From Candidatus Peribacteria bacterium (lineage in GTDB: Bacteria > Patescibacteriota > Gracilibacteria > Peribacterales > Peribacteraceae), in assembly GCA_028286915.1 (NCBI GenBank), contig JAQBQQ010000023.1:8005-72004 (forward strand): a stretch of DNA of 64,000 nucleotides. The letters run 5' to 3'. The first letter of the stretch is position 1, and every line of letters begins with the position of its first letter. Shown here one piece after another: positions 10,069 through 19,592 of the stretch. The notes below the pieces were generated by a model. It saw only the letters and a list, made by a program, of their open reading frames with translations. It had not been told where the DNA came from and searched no databases. A program made the translations under genes and the position numbers.

Positions 10069-11508
10069 ATGAAGTCCCGTTCTCATAGCCGTCGTGTAAA
10101 GTCTGCATACGCCGTTCGCTCCGGCTCAGGTGCTATTATCAGTTTTCTGATTATTGCGGGTTTTGGCATTCTTTTTACCGGTTGCAGCCCTGCCGCCAAT
10201 AAAACGGTTACGAAAGGACTGGATGACGTGTCTTTTACCGAGCAGGATCTGGCAAAAATGCGCGCCGCCGAACATACGTCGGCCAGTGGTGCCGCCATGA
10301 CGGGCGTGACGGTTACATCCCTCGCCGCGTCCGGTTCTATCAGCAGTATTCCTGCGGTGGATGTGTCCCAGATTTCTTTGTACGATGCCATTCGTTCCGT
10401 ATCGGCATCGGGCAAGAACGGACTGTATAAAGTGACGAATGAATTCGCAAACGTGCGTGCGGCGGCAGATTTGGGCTCGGCATCGGTGGGCAGGCTGGAG
10501 AATGGCAACCCGGTGAAAGTAGTGGAATTCGTGAATGCCGCCTGGGCAAAAGTGGAATTGGCTCCCGGTAAAATCGGCTACATTTCTACGCAGTATTTAA
10601 GCAAGCCCACGACCGAAGAAGCGCTGGCCAAAGACAAGCAGGCGTTTGAAGGCATGTACTTTGTGGATTTCGCATTCGTGAATATGCGCAGCCAGCCCAG
10701 CCAGCAGAGCGAGAAAATAGGACAGATTCCCGGCAAGATCATCGTAAAACCGCTCAGTATGGATGAGTCATGGGCGCGGGTTTCCTATAGTGGAAAAGAA
10801 GGTTACATTTCAACGCAATATCTATCGCCATTCGTGCCTAATTTTGTGGTGCGGCAGGATACGTATACCTTGCCGGTACTTGTGTACCAGGCTTCGCAGC
10901 CGGCTATTCTTGCGCAGCTGCCATCGCACATGCAGCAGTTGAAAAGCAGGGGTTTCACTCTTATGAATTTCCGTGATCTTCATGATCTTCTGCTGCGCCA
11001 GGAAAACGGGGACGCCCGCCTGCCGCCAAAGAGCGTGGTTGTGGCTGTAGCCGGCATTACGCCGGATACGATCCGCGGCGTATCCGATACACTGTATGCC
11101 GAAGGCGTGAAAGCAACGCTGTTTCTGGATACGAAGGACCTGGGTTTGACCGGCATTACCGAGAAAATGATGCTGACTTTGAATGCCAATGGCTTTGATA
11201 TTGAATCCGCCACCCATACGGGGCAGGATCTGCGGGCACTTACAGACGCACAGGTAAAATTTGAAGCGCAGCAGAGCAGATACCTTCTGGAAAAGATGAC
11301 GCAAAAGCCGGTTTATGCCGTGTTGTACCCGCAGGGCGGCGTAAATGACCGCGTGAAAGACGTGGTTCGCAAGGCCGGTTACCTGTTTGGCATTGTGAAT
11401 ACGTCGCAACCAACTTTTACGCGGGCCGATTTGCTTACCATGCCGAGCTATACGGTAAATGGCAGCATGACAGCTGATGATGTTATTGCTACCGTTATCG
11501 GATCATGA
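10069..11508 (+). CDS. lipoprotein with two SH3b domains and a degenerate polysaccharide deacetylase (NodB-like) domain
   Basis: LFTGC lipobox; repeated NVR/NMR...WA(K/R)V...GYISTQYL; LPVLVYQ...LPPKSV...VKATLF...YPQG. Confidence 0.8.
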   Translation: MKSRSHSRRVKSAYAVRSGSGAIISFLIIAGFGILFTGCSPAANKTVTKGLDDVSFTEQDLAKMRAAEHTSASGAAMTGVTVTSLAASGSISSIPAVDVSQISLYDAIRSVSASGKNGLYKVTNEFANVRAAADLGSASVGRLENGNPVKVVEFVNAAWAKVELAPGKIGYISTQYLSKPTTEEALAKDKQAFEGMYFVDFAFVNMRSQPSQQSEKIGQIPGKIIVKPLSMDESWARVSYSGKEGYISTQYLSPFVPNFVVRQDTYTLPVLVYQASQPAILAQLPSHMQQLKSRGFTLMNFRDLHDLLLRQENGDARLPPKSVVVAVAGITPDTIRGVSDTLYAEGVKATLFLDTKDLGLTGITEKMMLTLNANGFDIESATHTGQDLRALTDAQVKFEAQQSRYLLEKMTQKPVYAVLYPQGGVNDRVKDVVRKAGYLFGIVNTSQPTFTRADLLTMPSYTVNGSMTADDVIATVIGS

Positions 11509-11646
11509 TGATGCACTTTTTTCTTGGCCTGCGACTGATTCCGATTGCCATACGTCTGGCTGTGCTCATTTTATTTGTCCGCGTCGTAAAGATCATTCAA
11601 GTCGCTCATTTGTGGTATGGCGGATGAAGAGAGGAGATGGATTTTT

Positions 11647-11952
11647 TTAGTTCTGCTGTTGCTTCATGAGTTCTTCCAGTCTCTGGGTAAGGCCGGGACT
11701 CGGATTTGCAGATGAATTAATGGCCTGATCGGTTGCCATTTTGGTAATTTTACCCAGAATTTCGTTGCCGTGCGCAAAGAAGTACCAGGTGCTCCAGATA
11801 AAAATAATGACGGGAATAATACTGATGATACCCCGAAAGAAGCTACCGACAGTTCGCAGGCGATCACGCTTGTTCATCAGTTCTATCAACAGCAACATTT
11901 TGTCCATTTGCGTGCTGATCTGCGAAAGAGAGTCTGGCTCGGTATCGGGCAT
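11647..11952 (-). CDS. hypothetical single-TM protein
   Basis: 101-aa ORF with one hydrophobic segment. Confidence 0.65.
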   Translation of the reverse strand: MPDTEPDSLSQISTQMDKMLLLIELMNKRDRLRTVGSFFRGIISIIPVIIFIWSTWYFFAHGNEILGKITKMATDQAINSSANPSPGLTQRLEELMKQQQN

Positions 11953-12080
11953 GGCTCAGATGGTACCATATGATTTGTAGAAATTATAGCCGATAGATAG
12001 TTTGTAGTTTGTTTGGCTGCGTCCGTCTGGTGCGGGCTGCGGCCGACAAAAGTTTTATGTAATCTTTATGATCAACATCA

Positions 12081-13151
12081 CTAAAATCCCCGTTTCCATT
12101 TTCGCACTTTTTCTATTGTCCGGGTGACGTAATACTTGGGCGAGAGGGGAATGTCCATACAGTGAACCAGTGTGAGCAGCTTACCGCCGAAGCCGGTTTT
12201 AAAAAGTGTCACACCGCTGAAAGGATGATTTTTCTGGGTGATTTCGCCGGTGTCATTCATAGGGGCAATGCCCCAGAAATTATAAATGCCGTCGCCACGT
12301 TTGAGGGCATCGCGGATGGCTGTCCATTGCAGAAGGTAACTTGATGGTACCTTGCGGTGCGCGAAGGTGCTGGCGCCGTGATGATAGCTGGTTTCGCCGC
12401 CTGCATGCATATGAATGGAGGCCGATATAACTTCATTCCGGTAGTGCGCCAGATAGAGCGTGCACTCTTTGCGGGGAGCAAAATGCGCTACCTGTGCGCG
12501 AAAGAAGGCATTGGAATACGGTGTGAATTTATGTCGTTGGCGTGTCTCGTCGTGCAGCGTGAGGAAGTATTGCAAGTCACCAACCGGGTCACTGGATGCC
12601 GTTACTGTGACGCCGTCTTTTTCCGCACGGCGGATAAGGTTTCGCGCGGTGGAGCGCATGTGCTTTAGTAGATCTTCTTCGCTTCGCATGGCAGAGTGGA
12701 TATTTTTGTCTCCGGTTGTCCACGGATCCGTTTCTTTAAGTGGTATGTACCACAGGTGCTCGGCTAACAAATGCAGCGGGGCCGGTTTTGCCCCGACACC
12801 TTGCAGTGTTGGTTCCAGTGCTACCGGCCAGTGCGGGCTCAGGCGAATGAAGCTGCAACGGTGTTCGTGCGCGGTCTGCTTTATGGCTTCCAGCAGTTCT
12901 GGCAACACGGACGGATCGGTAATTACCGGTCCGTATGGTACCGACAAATGGCGGCCGCGGCGGGCGGGGACAATAAGCCCCATGCATATGCCTCGCACCT
13001 CGTCTCCGTCTTTTATAATCCATCGTACAGGTGTCTGATGCAGTTCCGCGTATACCTCACCCATGGTCCAGCTTTGCAGAAATGGCGAAAATTGCCGGGC
13101 AACCAGGAAATTGTCCCATTCGGCCTGGTTTGTGGCGAGCGCAATGGTCAT
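12081..13151 (-). CDS. FemAB/FemX-family peptidoglycan aminoacyltransferase
   Basis: PFLQSWTMG, PYGPV, RNLIRRAEKDGV, YHHGAS, YNFWGI, GVTLFKTGFGG. Confidence 0.9.
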   Translation of the reverse strand: MTIALATNQAEWDNFLVARQFSPFLQSWTMGEVYAELHQTPVRWIIKDGDEVRGICMGLIVPARRGRHLSVPYGPVITDPSVLPELLEAIKQTAHEHRCSFIRLSPHWPVALEPTLQGVGAKPAPLHLLAEHLWYIPLKETDPWTTGDKNIHSAMRSEEDLLKHMRSTARNLIRRAEKDGVTVTASSDPVGDLQYFLTLHDETRQRHKFTPYSNAFFRAQVAHFAPRKECTLYLAHYRNEVISASIHMHAGGETSYHHGASTFAHRKVPSSYLLQWTAIRDALKRGDGIYNFWGIAPMNDTGEITQKNHPFSGVTLFKTGFGGKLLTLVHCMDIPLSPKYYVTRTIEKVRKWKRGF

Positions 13152-13236
13152 GTGTAATAAGTATGAAGGAATGGATGCGAAAAATGTAGAGGATTATCCG
13201 TCCCCCTGTAGCAGCAATTTTCCTGTCGCTGCGGTT

Positions 13237-14493
13237 TTATACGTTTTTGATTTCCTTCTCCAACGCGTCCATCAGTTTTTTTGCCATCTGCACGGTCATC
13301 TGCGGATGCGTCGGGAGGCTTAGGATACTTTCGGCAGCTTGCTCTGCCTGCGGGTCGGTTCCTTTTTTGTAGCCCGTTGCTTTTAGGTCTGCAGTTTGCG
13401 GACAGACAACACACCTGGTCCAGCCATCATCCAGATAGATATCCTGCTTTTTGAGAGCCTGACGTATACGCTCGGCATTTTTCATAAAGACAGGAAATTT
13501 CTGCAGCGGCAGATGTTCCTGAATGCCCACCGGCACATAGACAGATGAGTCTTTGCGCAGCCAGCCCCGGGCAGCACATTCATCCAGATAAAATTTTGTG
13601 AGCATGCGCCGGTGATTATTGATTTGCTTCAGCTTTCGCCATTGGGCAATGGCGAAGAACGCGCAGGCATTCGGCATGGCATGCAGCATACGGGTCATGT
13701 CGCCATGTTTTTCATCGGGCGTGAGAATAGGTACCAGGTTCCCCAGCTTTTTCTGCAGGTGCAGATACACTTTGCCGAGCCTTATGTGGAATAATGGCAA
13801 CGCCCGCCGGTAAATGAGCGGATATGAAATGAGCCGCTGAATAGTGATCCACGGAAGGGGAATGACTGTTGCCTCCAGCGCGCGAATGCGTTCCATGTGT
13901 TGCGTATTTCGCTGGATAAGTGCGCCGCCCGTTACGCCGGAAATGGCCTTGTCACGCCCAAAGCTGGTTATAATAAAATCGCCCAATTTGCCGATTTCCT
14001 GCGGCCCGGTTTCATCCGGCAGAATATGCGCGCAGTCCTCAATGAGTAAAATATTGCGGTCATTGCAGATCTTGCGCAGCGTTTTTGTATCAGCCGGTAT
14101 GCCGAATGTGTGCTGACAGATAATGGCGCGGGTATGGGGCGTGATCAGCTTTTGCAGTTCCGCCGGATCCATATTCAGCGTGTCTTTATCTATATCGCAG
14201 TAGACAGCTTTGGCGCCGGCCGCGTGAATGGCATTGGGGATGACAACACAGGTATACCCTTGCACTATTATTTCATCATCAGATTCTAAATCCAGCGCCA
14301 GCAGCAATGCCAGCAATGCCTCGCGGCCGGAGGCGAACAGGGAAATGTACGATTTATAGGACGCCTGCATGTCGCTTTTCAGCTGTGCCAGGCTGTTGCC
14401 GTGAACGTATTTCCAGGGCGTGTAGGTTATGCCGAGCGCGCGCCTGACCTGTTGATCATCCGCGAGCGGGCCGAAGGTGTGGTGGATAACCAT
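13237..14493 (-). CDS. DegT/DnrJ/EryC1/StrS-family PLP-dependent aminotransferase
   Basis: SGREAL, QHTFGIPAD, IEDCAH, SFGRDKAISGVTGG (PLP lysine), ILSLPTHP. Confidence 0.88.
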   Translation of the reverse strand: MVIHHTFGPLADDQQVRRALGITYTPWKYVHGNSLAQLKSDMQASYKSYISLFASGREALLALLLALDLESDDEIIVQGYTCVVIPNAIHAAGAKAVYCDIDKDTLNMDPAELQKLITPHTRAIICQHTFGIPADTKTLRKICNDRNILLIEDCAHILPDETGPQEIGKLGDFIITSFGRDKAISGVTGGALIQRNTQHMERIRALEATVIPLPWITIQRLISYPLIYRRALPLFHIRLGKVYLHLQKKLGNLVPILTPDEKHGDMTRMLHAMPNACAFFAIAQWRKLKQINNHRRMLTKFYLDECAARGWLRKDSSVYVPVGIQEHLPLQKFPVFMKNAERIRQALKKQDIYLDDGWTRCVVCPQTADLKATGYKKGTDPQAEQAAESILSLPTHPQMTVQMAKKLMDALEKEIKNV

Positions 14494-16149
14494 TTAGTCC
14501 GTAGTTGGTAGTGGAAGGTCCGAGCTTTTCGGGAGAATGCGTGTCATAGTCTGGTGGCTCATTCTGCCGATGCAAACTAGTAGGGAACCGGGCGGAAGAC
14601 AACCGGTTTTTTTTGACGCGACCGATACTGGCTTTCCAAATCCTTTCTCAAAATGCCGGGCTAGAATCGGATGCGTAAAAATAGCTTCCGAGAAAACATC
14701 TTTGGCCATTCTTCCCAGCTCCTCGTGAATGTTCATTTCATCGGCGCCCAGTTCAATAATACCGCTTGTCAGCAGAATTTTTGTCTGTTCCGGCTGATGC
14801 TTCGCCCAGTCGATGGCGGCCGTAAAGCTTGCTTCGCTGGCATTATGCGTGTCATCCAATAGTCTGATGCCATTTTCTTCGCGAACCTGAAAGGTTTTTG
14901 CAGGCGCCTGAAACGTTGCGAGCTTCTTTTTAATTTCGTCATTACTCATGCCGCATTCTTTACCAACGCCCATGGCCAGCAGGACATTGTTCACGTTGTG
15001 GGTACCATGGATAGGAACTTCAAATTGTTCATCGCCCACGGCAAAGCGGATGCCATCAGGTGTTTCCTGTACGGAATGAGCCTGGAGATCGGCTTTTGCA
15101 GTTGTTCCCACTTTGGTGACCGGACAACCGGCGAAGCGATCCATTGTCGCACACGGTTCACAATCGGCATTGATAAATGCGTGCCCGTCTTCAGGCAATG
15201 CCTGCAGCAACTCACCTTTGGCTTCTATCAGTTTTGCCTGTGAGCCAAAGAGCGCCAGGTGTTGCGTGCCGATGTAGGTAATAACGCCGATGGACGGCTG
15301 GACAATGTCGCAGAGGTTTTTGATTTCACCTTTGCGGTAGGCGCCCATTTCTGTAATGAGTAATTGAGTCTTGAGTTTTGAGTCTTGAGTCCTGGGCAAT
15401 ACTTTCATGAGCCACTGGGCAACACCCATTTCCGTATTCACATGTGCCGGTGTCACCAGTGGATTTTGGCCGCTCAGTATGTGTGCGATGAGTTCTTTGG
15501 TTGTGGTTTTACCGACACTTCCGGTAATGCCGATGGCTTTTAGATTATAGTGAGCACGAAGAATTTTTGCTTTGTTCAGAATCCGTTTTTTCAGGAACTG
15601 ATCAACGGGGTAGAAAAGGAGCCAGGAGAAAGTGATGACAAAAGGCTGCAAAAGTACTAAAAAAGGCAACAAAAAGATCCCACTCCCCAAAGTCATAAAA
15701 AAATTGAGCACCAGCCCGGCTCCGACTATCGCTTTGGCTTTGGTTGTCCATGTTGGATAGCGCTGTTTTTTACTTAGTATCTGAATAATGCTCAATCCAA
15801 TAACAAGAAAAGAGCAGCACAGCAGAAATATCATGAGTACTCCTAAGGATGCAGGAAAATGAATATTGTCATCTGCACCTGCCATAGGCATGGAATCAAT
15901 ATATCCATGGAATATGACTATCAAAAAGATGCCTGTTAGTTCTGCCATAAAAATGCCGGGCCGGATGACGCCAAATAATTGCTTGAACCAGCCTTCCCGT
16001 TTTAGGTGTTCCGTTAATCTATCCCATCGCCATTCTTTTAATTGCCATAAATACGCCAGTGTTAACAAGGGTGAGAGGCATGCTATAAGGCCTAAGCATG
16101 CTGTGAGGATCAGTGTTCCATACAAAATAACAGAGAGAGGGAAGTCCAT
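14494..16149 (-). CDS. murF: MurF-like Mur ligase with N-terminal transmembrane extension
   Basis: IGITGSVGKTTTKE, NTEMG, EMGAYRKGEI, QHLALFGS, DDTHNAS, ELG. Confidence 0.85.
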   Translation of the reverse strand: MDFPLSVILYGTLILTACLGLIACLSPLLTLAYLWQLKEWRWDRLTEHLKREGWFKQLFGVIRPGIFMAELTGIFLIVIFHGYIDSMPMAGADDNIHFPASLGVLMIFLLCCSFLVIGLSIIQILSKKQRYPTWTTKAKAIVGAGLVLNFFMTLGSGIFLLPFLVLLQPFVITFSWLLFYPVDQFLKKRILNKAKILRAHYNLKAIGITGSVGKTTTKELIAHILSGQNPLVTPAHVNTEMGVAQWLMKVLPRTQDSKLKTQLLITEMGAYRKGEIKNLCDIVQPSIGVITYIGTQHLALFGSQAKLIEAKGELLQALPEDGHAFINADCEPCATMDRFAGCPVTKVGTTAKADLQAHSVQETPDGIRFAVGDEQFEVPIHGTHNVNNVLLAMGVGKECGMSNDEIKKKLATFQAPAKTFQVREENGIRLLDDTHNASEASFTAAIDWAKHQPEQTKILLTSGIIELGADEMNIHEELGRMAKDVFSEAIFTHPILARHFEKGFGKPVSVASKKTGCLPPGSLLVCIGRMSHQTMTRILPKSSDLPLPTTD

Positions 16150-16182
16150 GCGGAGATAGTAGCCGAAAACAGATACTTTCCG

Positions 16183-16947
16183 CTACGCTCTTGCCAGCCG
16201 TCTTTCATCATCTTCGGCGGTTTTCATAATAAGGAACCCGATTTCCTGTGCTTTTTCGCGGTGCACGCGGTGGCGGACGCCCGGGTAGAGGTGCAGGCGG
16301 CTGCCTTTTATTTTTTCCTGCATGATTTTTCCGTCACTTACGGGCGTCATCTGGTCATCTATGCCCCAGAAAATATCCGTTGGCACTTTAATTTTTTCCA
16401 GCAGGTGCTGTAAATCTTCCCGCGTTACAAGTATGAGTGTTTGCCGCATAACCGGGCTGGCCTTCTCGTAGTCATGCACGCGGACCAGTTTATACAGCAG
16501 TTTCTTGCCCAGCGGTTGCAGTTGGTCCAGGCCGGGAATAGACAGAAGAGCTTTGCCGGCTTTGGCTAGCGTAAGGCCAAAAATTCGTTTGGTATGACGC
16601 GAATGGTGAATGCCGGCCGCGGCACACAGGAATAAATGGTCCACCGGAAAGTTTTTCCTGGCAGCCAGCTTAATACTGATACGGCCGCCATGTGAATGAC
16701 CGAGCAGGTAGAACGGCCGCGTATTCATGGGCGCCCATAAATCCGGCGCATGTTCTTTGAGCCAGAGTTCCACCCAGTCGGCGTAATCATCAATAGTCCA
16801 TGGCTTCTTCGGGTCCGGTTCATTTCCAAAGCCGGGCAAATCCGGTATGAGGATTTCCACCTTGGTACTGCTGATGGCGTCCCGCAATTCTGCGAAAGAT
16901 TCCCTGGAGCCGCCCCAGCCGTGCAGGCAGAGGAGAATTGGTTTCAT
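16183..16947 (-). CDS. alpha/beta-fold hydrolase
   Basis: LHGWGG, DLPGFG, GHSHGG nucleophile elbow, WGIDDQMTP, catalytic His region. Confidence 0.9.
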   Translation of the reverse strand: MKPILLCLHGWGGSRESFAELRDAISSTKVEILIPDLPGFGNEPDPKKPWTIDDYADWVELWLKEHAPDLWAPMNTRPFYLLGHSHGGRISIKLAARKNFPVDHLFLCAAAGIHHSRHTKRIFGLTLAKAGKALLSIPGLDQLQPLGKKLLYKLVRVHDYEKASPVMRQTLILVTREDLQHLLEKIKVPTDIFWGIDDQMTPVSDGKIMQEKIKGSRLHLYPGVRHRVHREKAQEIGFLIMKTAEDDERRLARA

Positions 16948-17255
16948 CTGCAGTAGTGTAGAATTGTTTACGCTTCGCGACAAATGGAGTTTTACCTAAC
17001 GCTTTCCATGAGTGTGGACTTGTAAATATCAGCTCAGCTTTTCTGATACTGAACGAAGGTGATAATGCGCCCGCCCGGCTCCGGTTGCCATATGCCACGG
17101 TTTTTGTGTGAACATTTTATGTGCAAAGGTCTGGCTAGGCTGGCAGCAGATGAACTCCTATATGCAATGCATTAGATCACGGAATATGCTTATGCCTATT
17201 ATATATTTTCATGCTTTTCTCTATGGTGTGCTTGTCTTTCTTTCCTTTTTTTGCC

Positions 17256-18545
17256 ATGAAACGTGTTGCCTTCCCGTTGGTATTTGTTCTCTGTCTGGTT
17301 GCCTGTATTACCTGGACGAATACGCCGGTTTTGGCACAAGGAACCGATACAACCAAGCCTGTCAGCACTGTGAATAACACATTGGGTGCCAGGCAGACTT
17401 CCCTTAGCTTTCCTGTATCCGTTACCGGGTCGGACCCCGGCAGTCCGTCATCTGGTGTCAGTTCCTACGATATTTATGTAGCCGTTGGCGCTGGTGCGTT
17501 TAATTACTGGACCACTGTTTCGGCAGGCAGCCCGAGTACCACTTTTACAGCCGTTTGTGGCGTGAATGCGAATAACAGCATTTTCTTCTATAGCATTGCT
17601 CATGACAATGCCGGCAATGTGGAAGTTCATACAACAGCGGAGGCTTCCACTTTTATGCCGGACTTCTGCCCTCCTGCGTCGACTATTTCCGCTATCAACA
17701 GTTCTTCGCCGGCATTTGCTCTTACATTTTCTGCCAGCGATTTTGAGAATGACATACGGACAGTGGATTTATATGCCGGTGTCGATGGTGCGGCAGCGCA
17801 GCAGGTCACGTTTTTCTATGCCAGCGGATCAGTGGTGAATAAAGTATTTAAGTATCCGGCTCTGGCCGATGGCGTCTCGCATACGTATTCCTTTTATACT
17901 ATTTCCAAAGATACCGCCGGGAACACCCAGCTAACCCCTGCCAGCGGGACGACAGTTACCGCCACATTTGCAACTGCAACCATTCGGCCGCTCGGCATTT
18001 CTATTAATAATGGCTTCGGGACTCGTTCTTATGTGCGTTATATTAAAATTCCGTTTACCAGCCAGCAAAATCTGGGTGCCATTGCCTCCCGCGTTCGCCT
18101 CACCAAATTTACTTTAGACGGAATGGGGGCCACTATTGTACCTATTTCCAGTTACGTTTCGCAGGCAGGCCAGTCTATTGTTATTGATTTCGGTGCGACC
18201 GACATGGGAGCTGCCGTGCCTGCCGGAGGAAGCATTACTTCCAGGTGGCAGCAGTTTATTGCCAGAGACGGCTATTTTCAATTGGCTATAGATACCCGGG
18301 GAAATGGCAGATACCAGACGGTTTATTATTTTCATCATTTACTTGGTGATGTAGACGGCAACGGACAGGTGACTCAAGCCGATCAGTCGTATATTACAAA
18401 AGCTCTGTCCCGCCCCGGATCGTTTGATTCTTCTGATGTGGATCTTAGTGGAGCTATCGACACAACTGATACGGCATTTTTGACTAAATCCAAAGGCCGC
18501 CTATTGTCTTCCAGCTTAAAGCTTACTGCGCCTGCTAATTGGTAA
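17256..18545 (+). CDS. secreted protein with Ig/FN3-like repeats and a C-terminal dockerin-like domain
   Basis: Signal peptide; repeated FYSIAHDNAGN / FYTISKDTAGN; GDVDGNGQVTQAD and DVDLSGAIDTTD EF-hand-like loops. Confidence 0.75.
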   Translation: MKRVAFPLVFVLCLVACITWTNTPVLAQGTDTTKPVSTVNNTLGARQTSLSFPVSVTGSDPGSPSSGVSSYDIYVAVGAGAFNYWTTVSAGSPSTTFTAVCGVNANNSIFFYSIAHDNAGNVEVHTTAEASTFMPDFCPPASTISAINSSSPAFALTFSASDFENDIRTVDLYAGVDGAAAQQVTFFYASGSVVNKVFKYPALADGVSHTYSFYTISKDTAGNTQLTPASGTTVTATFATATIRPLGISINNGFGTRSYVRYIKIPFTSQQNLGAIASRVRLTKFTLDGMGATIVPISSYVSQAGQSIVIDFGATDMGAAVPAGGSITSRWQQFIARDGYFQLAIDTRGNGRYQTVYYFHHLLGDVDGNGQVTQADQSYITKALSRPGSFDSSDVDLSGAIDTTDTAFLTKSKGRLLSSSLKLTAPANW

Positions 18546-18631
18546 TCGTTTGTGTAGTACGGCTTGTTCCAGACTAAATTGTCCATCAGTCCGCATTTAT
18601 ACGGCATCGTTTAATGTAATGACGATGCCAC

Positions 18632-18805
18632 ATGATTGCGCTGTGGTAGCTATGTAAAATAGCTTTGTTGCTAGGTGGCACGTACAATCGCCTCTGTTAT
18701 TTTGATTGTTTTGATCTTTTGGCTGCGCTATATGATCGCGCCATGTCAGCCACGTAAAACGGCTGCGCCGTCACGTGGCACGTATAATCTCACTGCGCGA
18801 TTTTA
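18632..18805. repeat. degenerate tandem direct repeat, period 100 bp, downstream of tRNA-Met
   Basis: atgattgcgctgtggtagctatgtaaaatagc...gtggcacgtacaatc (18632) vs atgatcgcgccatgtcagccacgtaaaacggc...gtggcacgtataatc (18732). Confidence 0.6.
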
Positions 18806-18807
18806 CG

Positions 18808-18883
18808 TGGTGCCACGAGCCGGTTTTGAACCGGCGACCCCGGGCTTATGAGTCCCGTGCTCTACCAACTGAGCTATCGTGGC
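18808..18883 (-). tRNA. tRNA-Met (CAT), non-initiator (Ile2 not excluded)
   Basis: GCCACGATAGCTCAGTTGGTAGAGCACGGGACTCATAAGCCCGGGGTCGCCGGTTCAAAACCGGCTCGTGGCACCA; G1-C72 paired. Confidence 0.92.
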
Positions 18884-18904
18884 ATTATGTAAAGGTACAA
18901 CGTT

Positions 18905-18965
18905 TACCAACTGCTTGTTCGCCGTAGTCCGCCGGGGCGGACGAAGGTGGAAGCTATCGTGGCAT
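18905..18965 (-). pseudogene. duplicated 5' fragment of tRNA-Met interrupted by a 38-bp palindrome
   Basis: taccaactg + insert 18914-18951 + agctatcgtggcat; flanks identical to 18863-18885. Confidence 0.8.
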
Positions 18966-18999
18966 GTATAAATGAATATCAGACCGATTCAGAATTGTG

Positions 19000-19039
19000 G
19001 GCCTGCCCGCCGAAGTCAGCCGCGGCTGACGCAGGTGGA
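19000..19039 (+). repeat. imperfect palindrome of the tRNA-associated family
   Basis: ggcctg-cccgcc-gaa-gtcagccgcggctgac-gca-ggtgga. Confidence 0.7.
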
Positions 19040-19153
19040 CGCGTATTATGACCTATGAACCAACAGGAAAGAAGAGAATTTCTTATCCGTAAATATTTGC
19101 CGTTTATGGCAGTTTTCTCTACTCTATAGACGATTCCTCTATTCTTTGTCTTT

Positions 19154-19576
19154 ATGAAGCAAGCTGCGATTACATTCCTTTTGGCCACTACCCTGGTTCT
19201 GGGCGCTTGTTCGTCTAAAGCTCCGCCTGCGGACACTGTTCCGGTTCCGACGCCTGTAGTGGGCACATCCAGTGCGTCATCCGTTACTGCAGATTCTACG
19301 GTGCGCATTATTCCCATGACGGTGACGACATTCAAGTTTGAGCCGAATGCTGTGACCCTCAAGAAAGGGGAGAAAGTAAAAATCCGTATAACGGGTATCG
19401 AAGGTGTTCATGGCATAGGAGTGCCGGCCCTGGGTATAAATGTGCCGGTGAACCCGGGCGAAACCGTGGATATTGATGTGCCGACCGATACGGCCGGAAC
19501 CTACGAATTTTATTGCACCATTCCCTGTGGTCCTGGTCATGACAGTATGAAAGGGACTATCGTGATTGAGGCCTAA
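19154..19576 (+). CDS. cupredoxin-domain lipoprotein with CuA-type ligand motif
   Basis: LGAC lipobox; FKFEPNAVTLKKGEKV, VHGIG, YEFYCTIPCGPGHDSMKG. Confidence 0.85.
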   Translation: MKQAAITFLLATTLVLGACSSKAPPADTVPVPTPVVGTSSASSVTADSTVRIIPMTVTTFKFEPNAVTLKKGEKVKIRITGIEGVHGIGVPALGINVPVNPGETVDIDVPTDTAGTYEFYCTIPCGPGHDSMKGTIVIEA

Positions 19577-19592
19577 CTTCTTCTCATTTCAT

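Noticed and set aside
19154..19576. Cytochrome c oxidase subunit II (coxB)
   Set aside because: Lacks the N-terminal TM hairpin and there is no subunit I nearby; called only a CuA-type cupredoxin.
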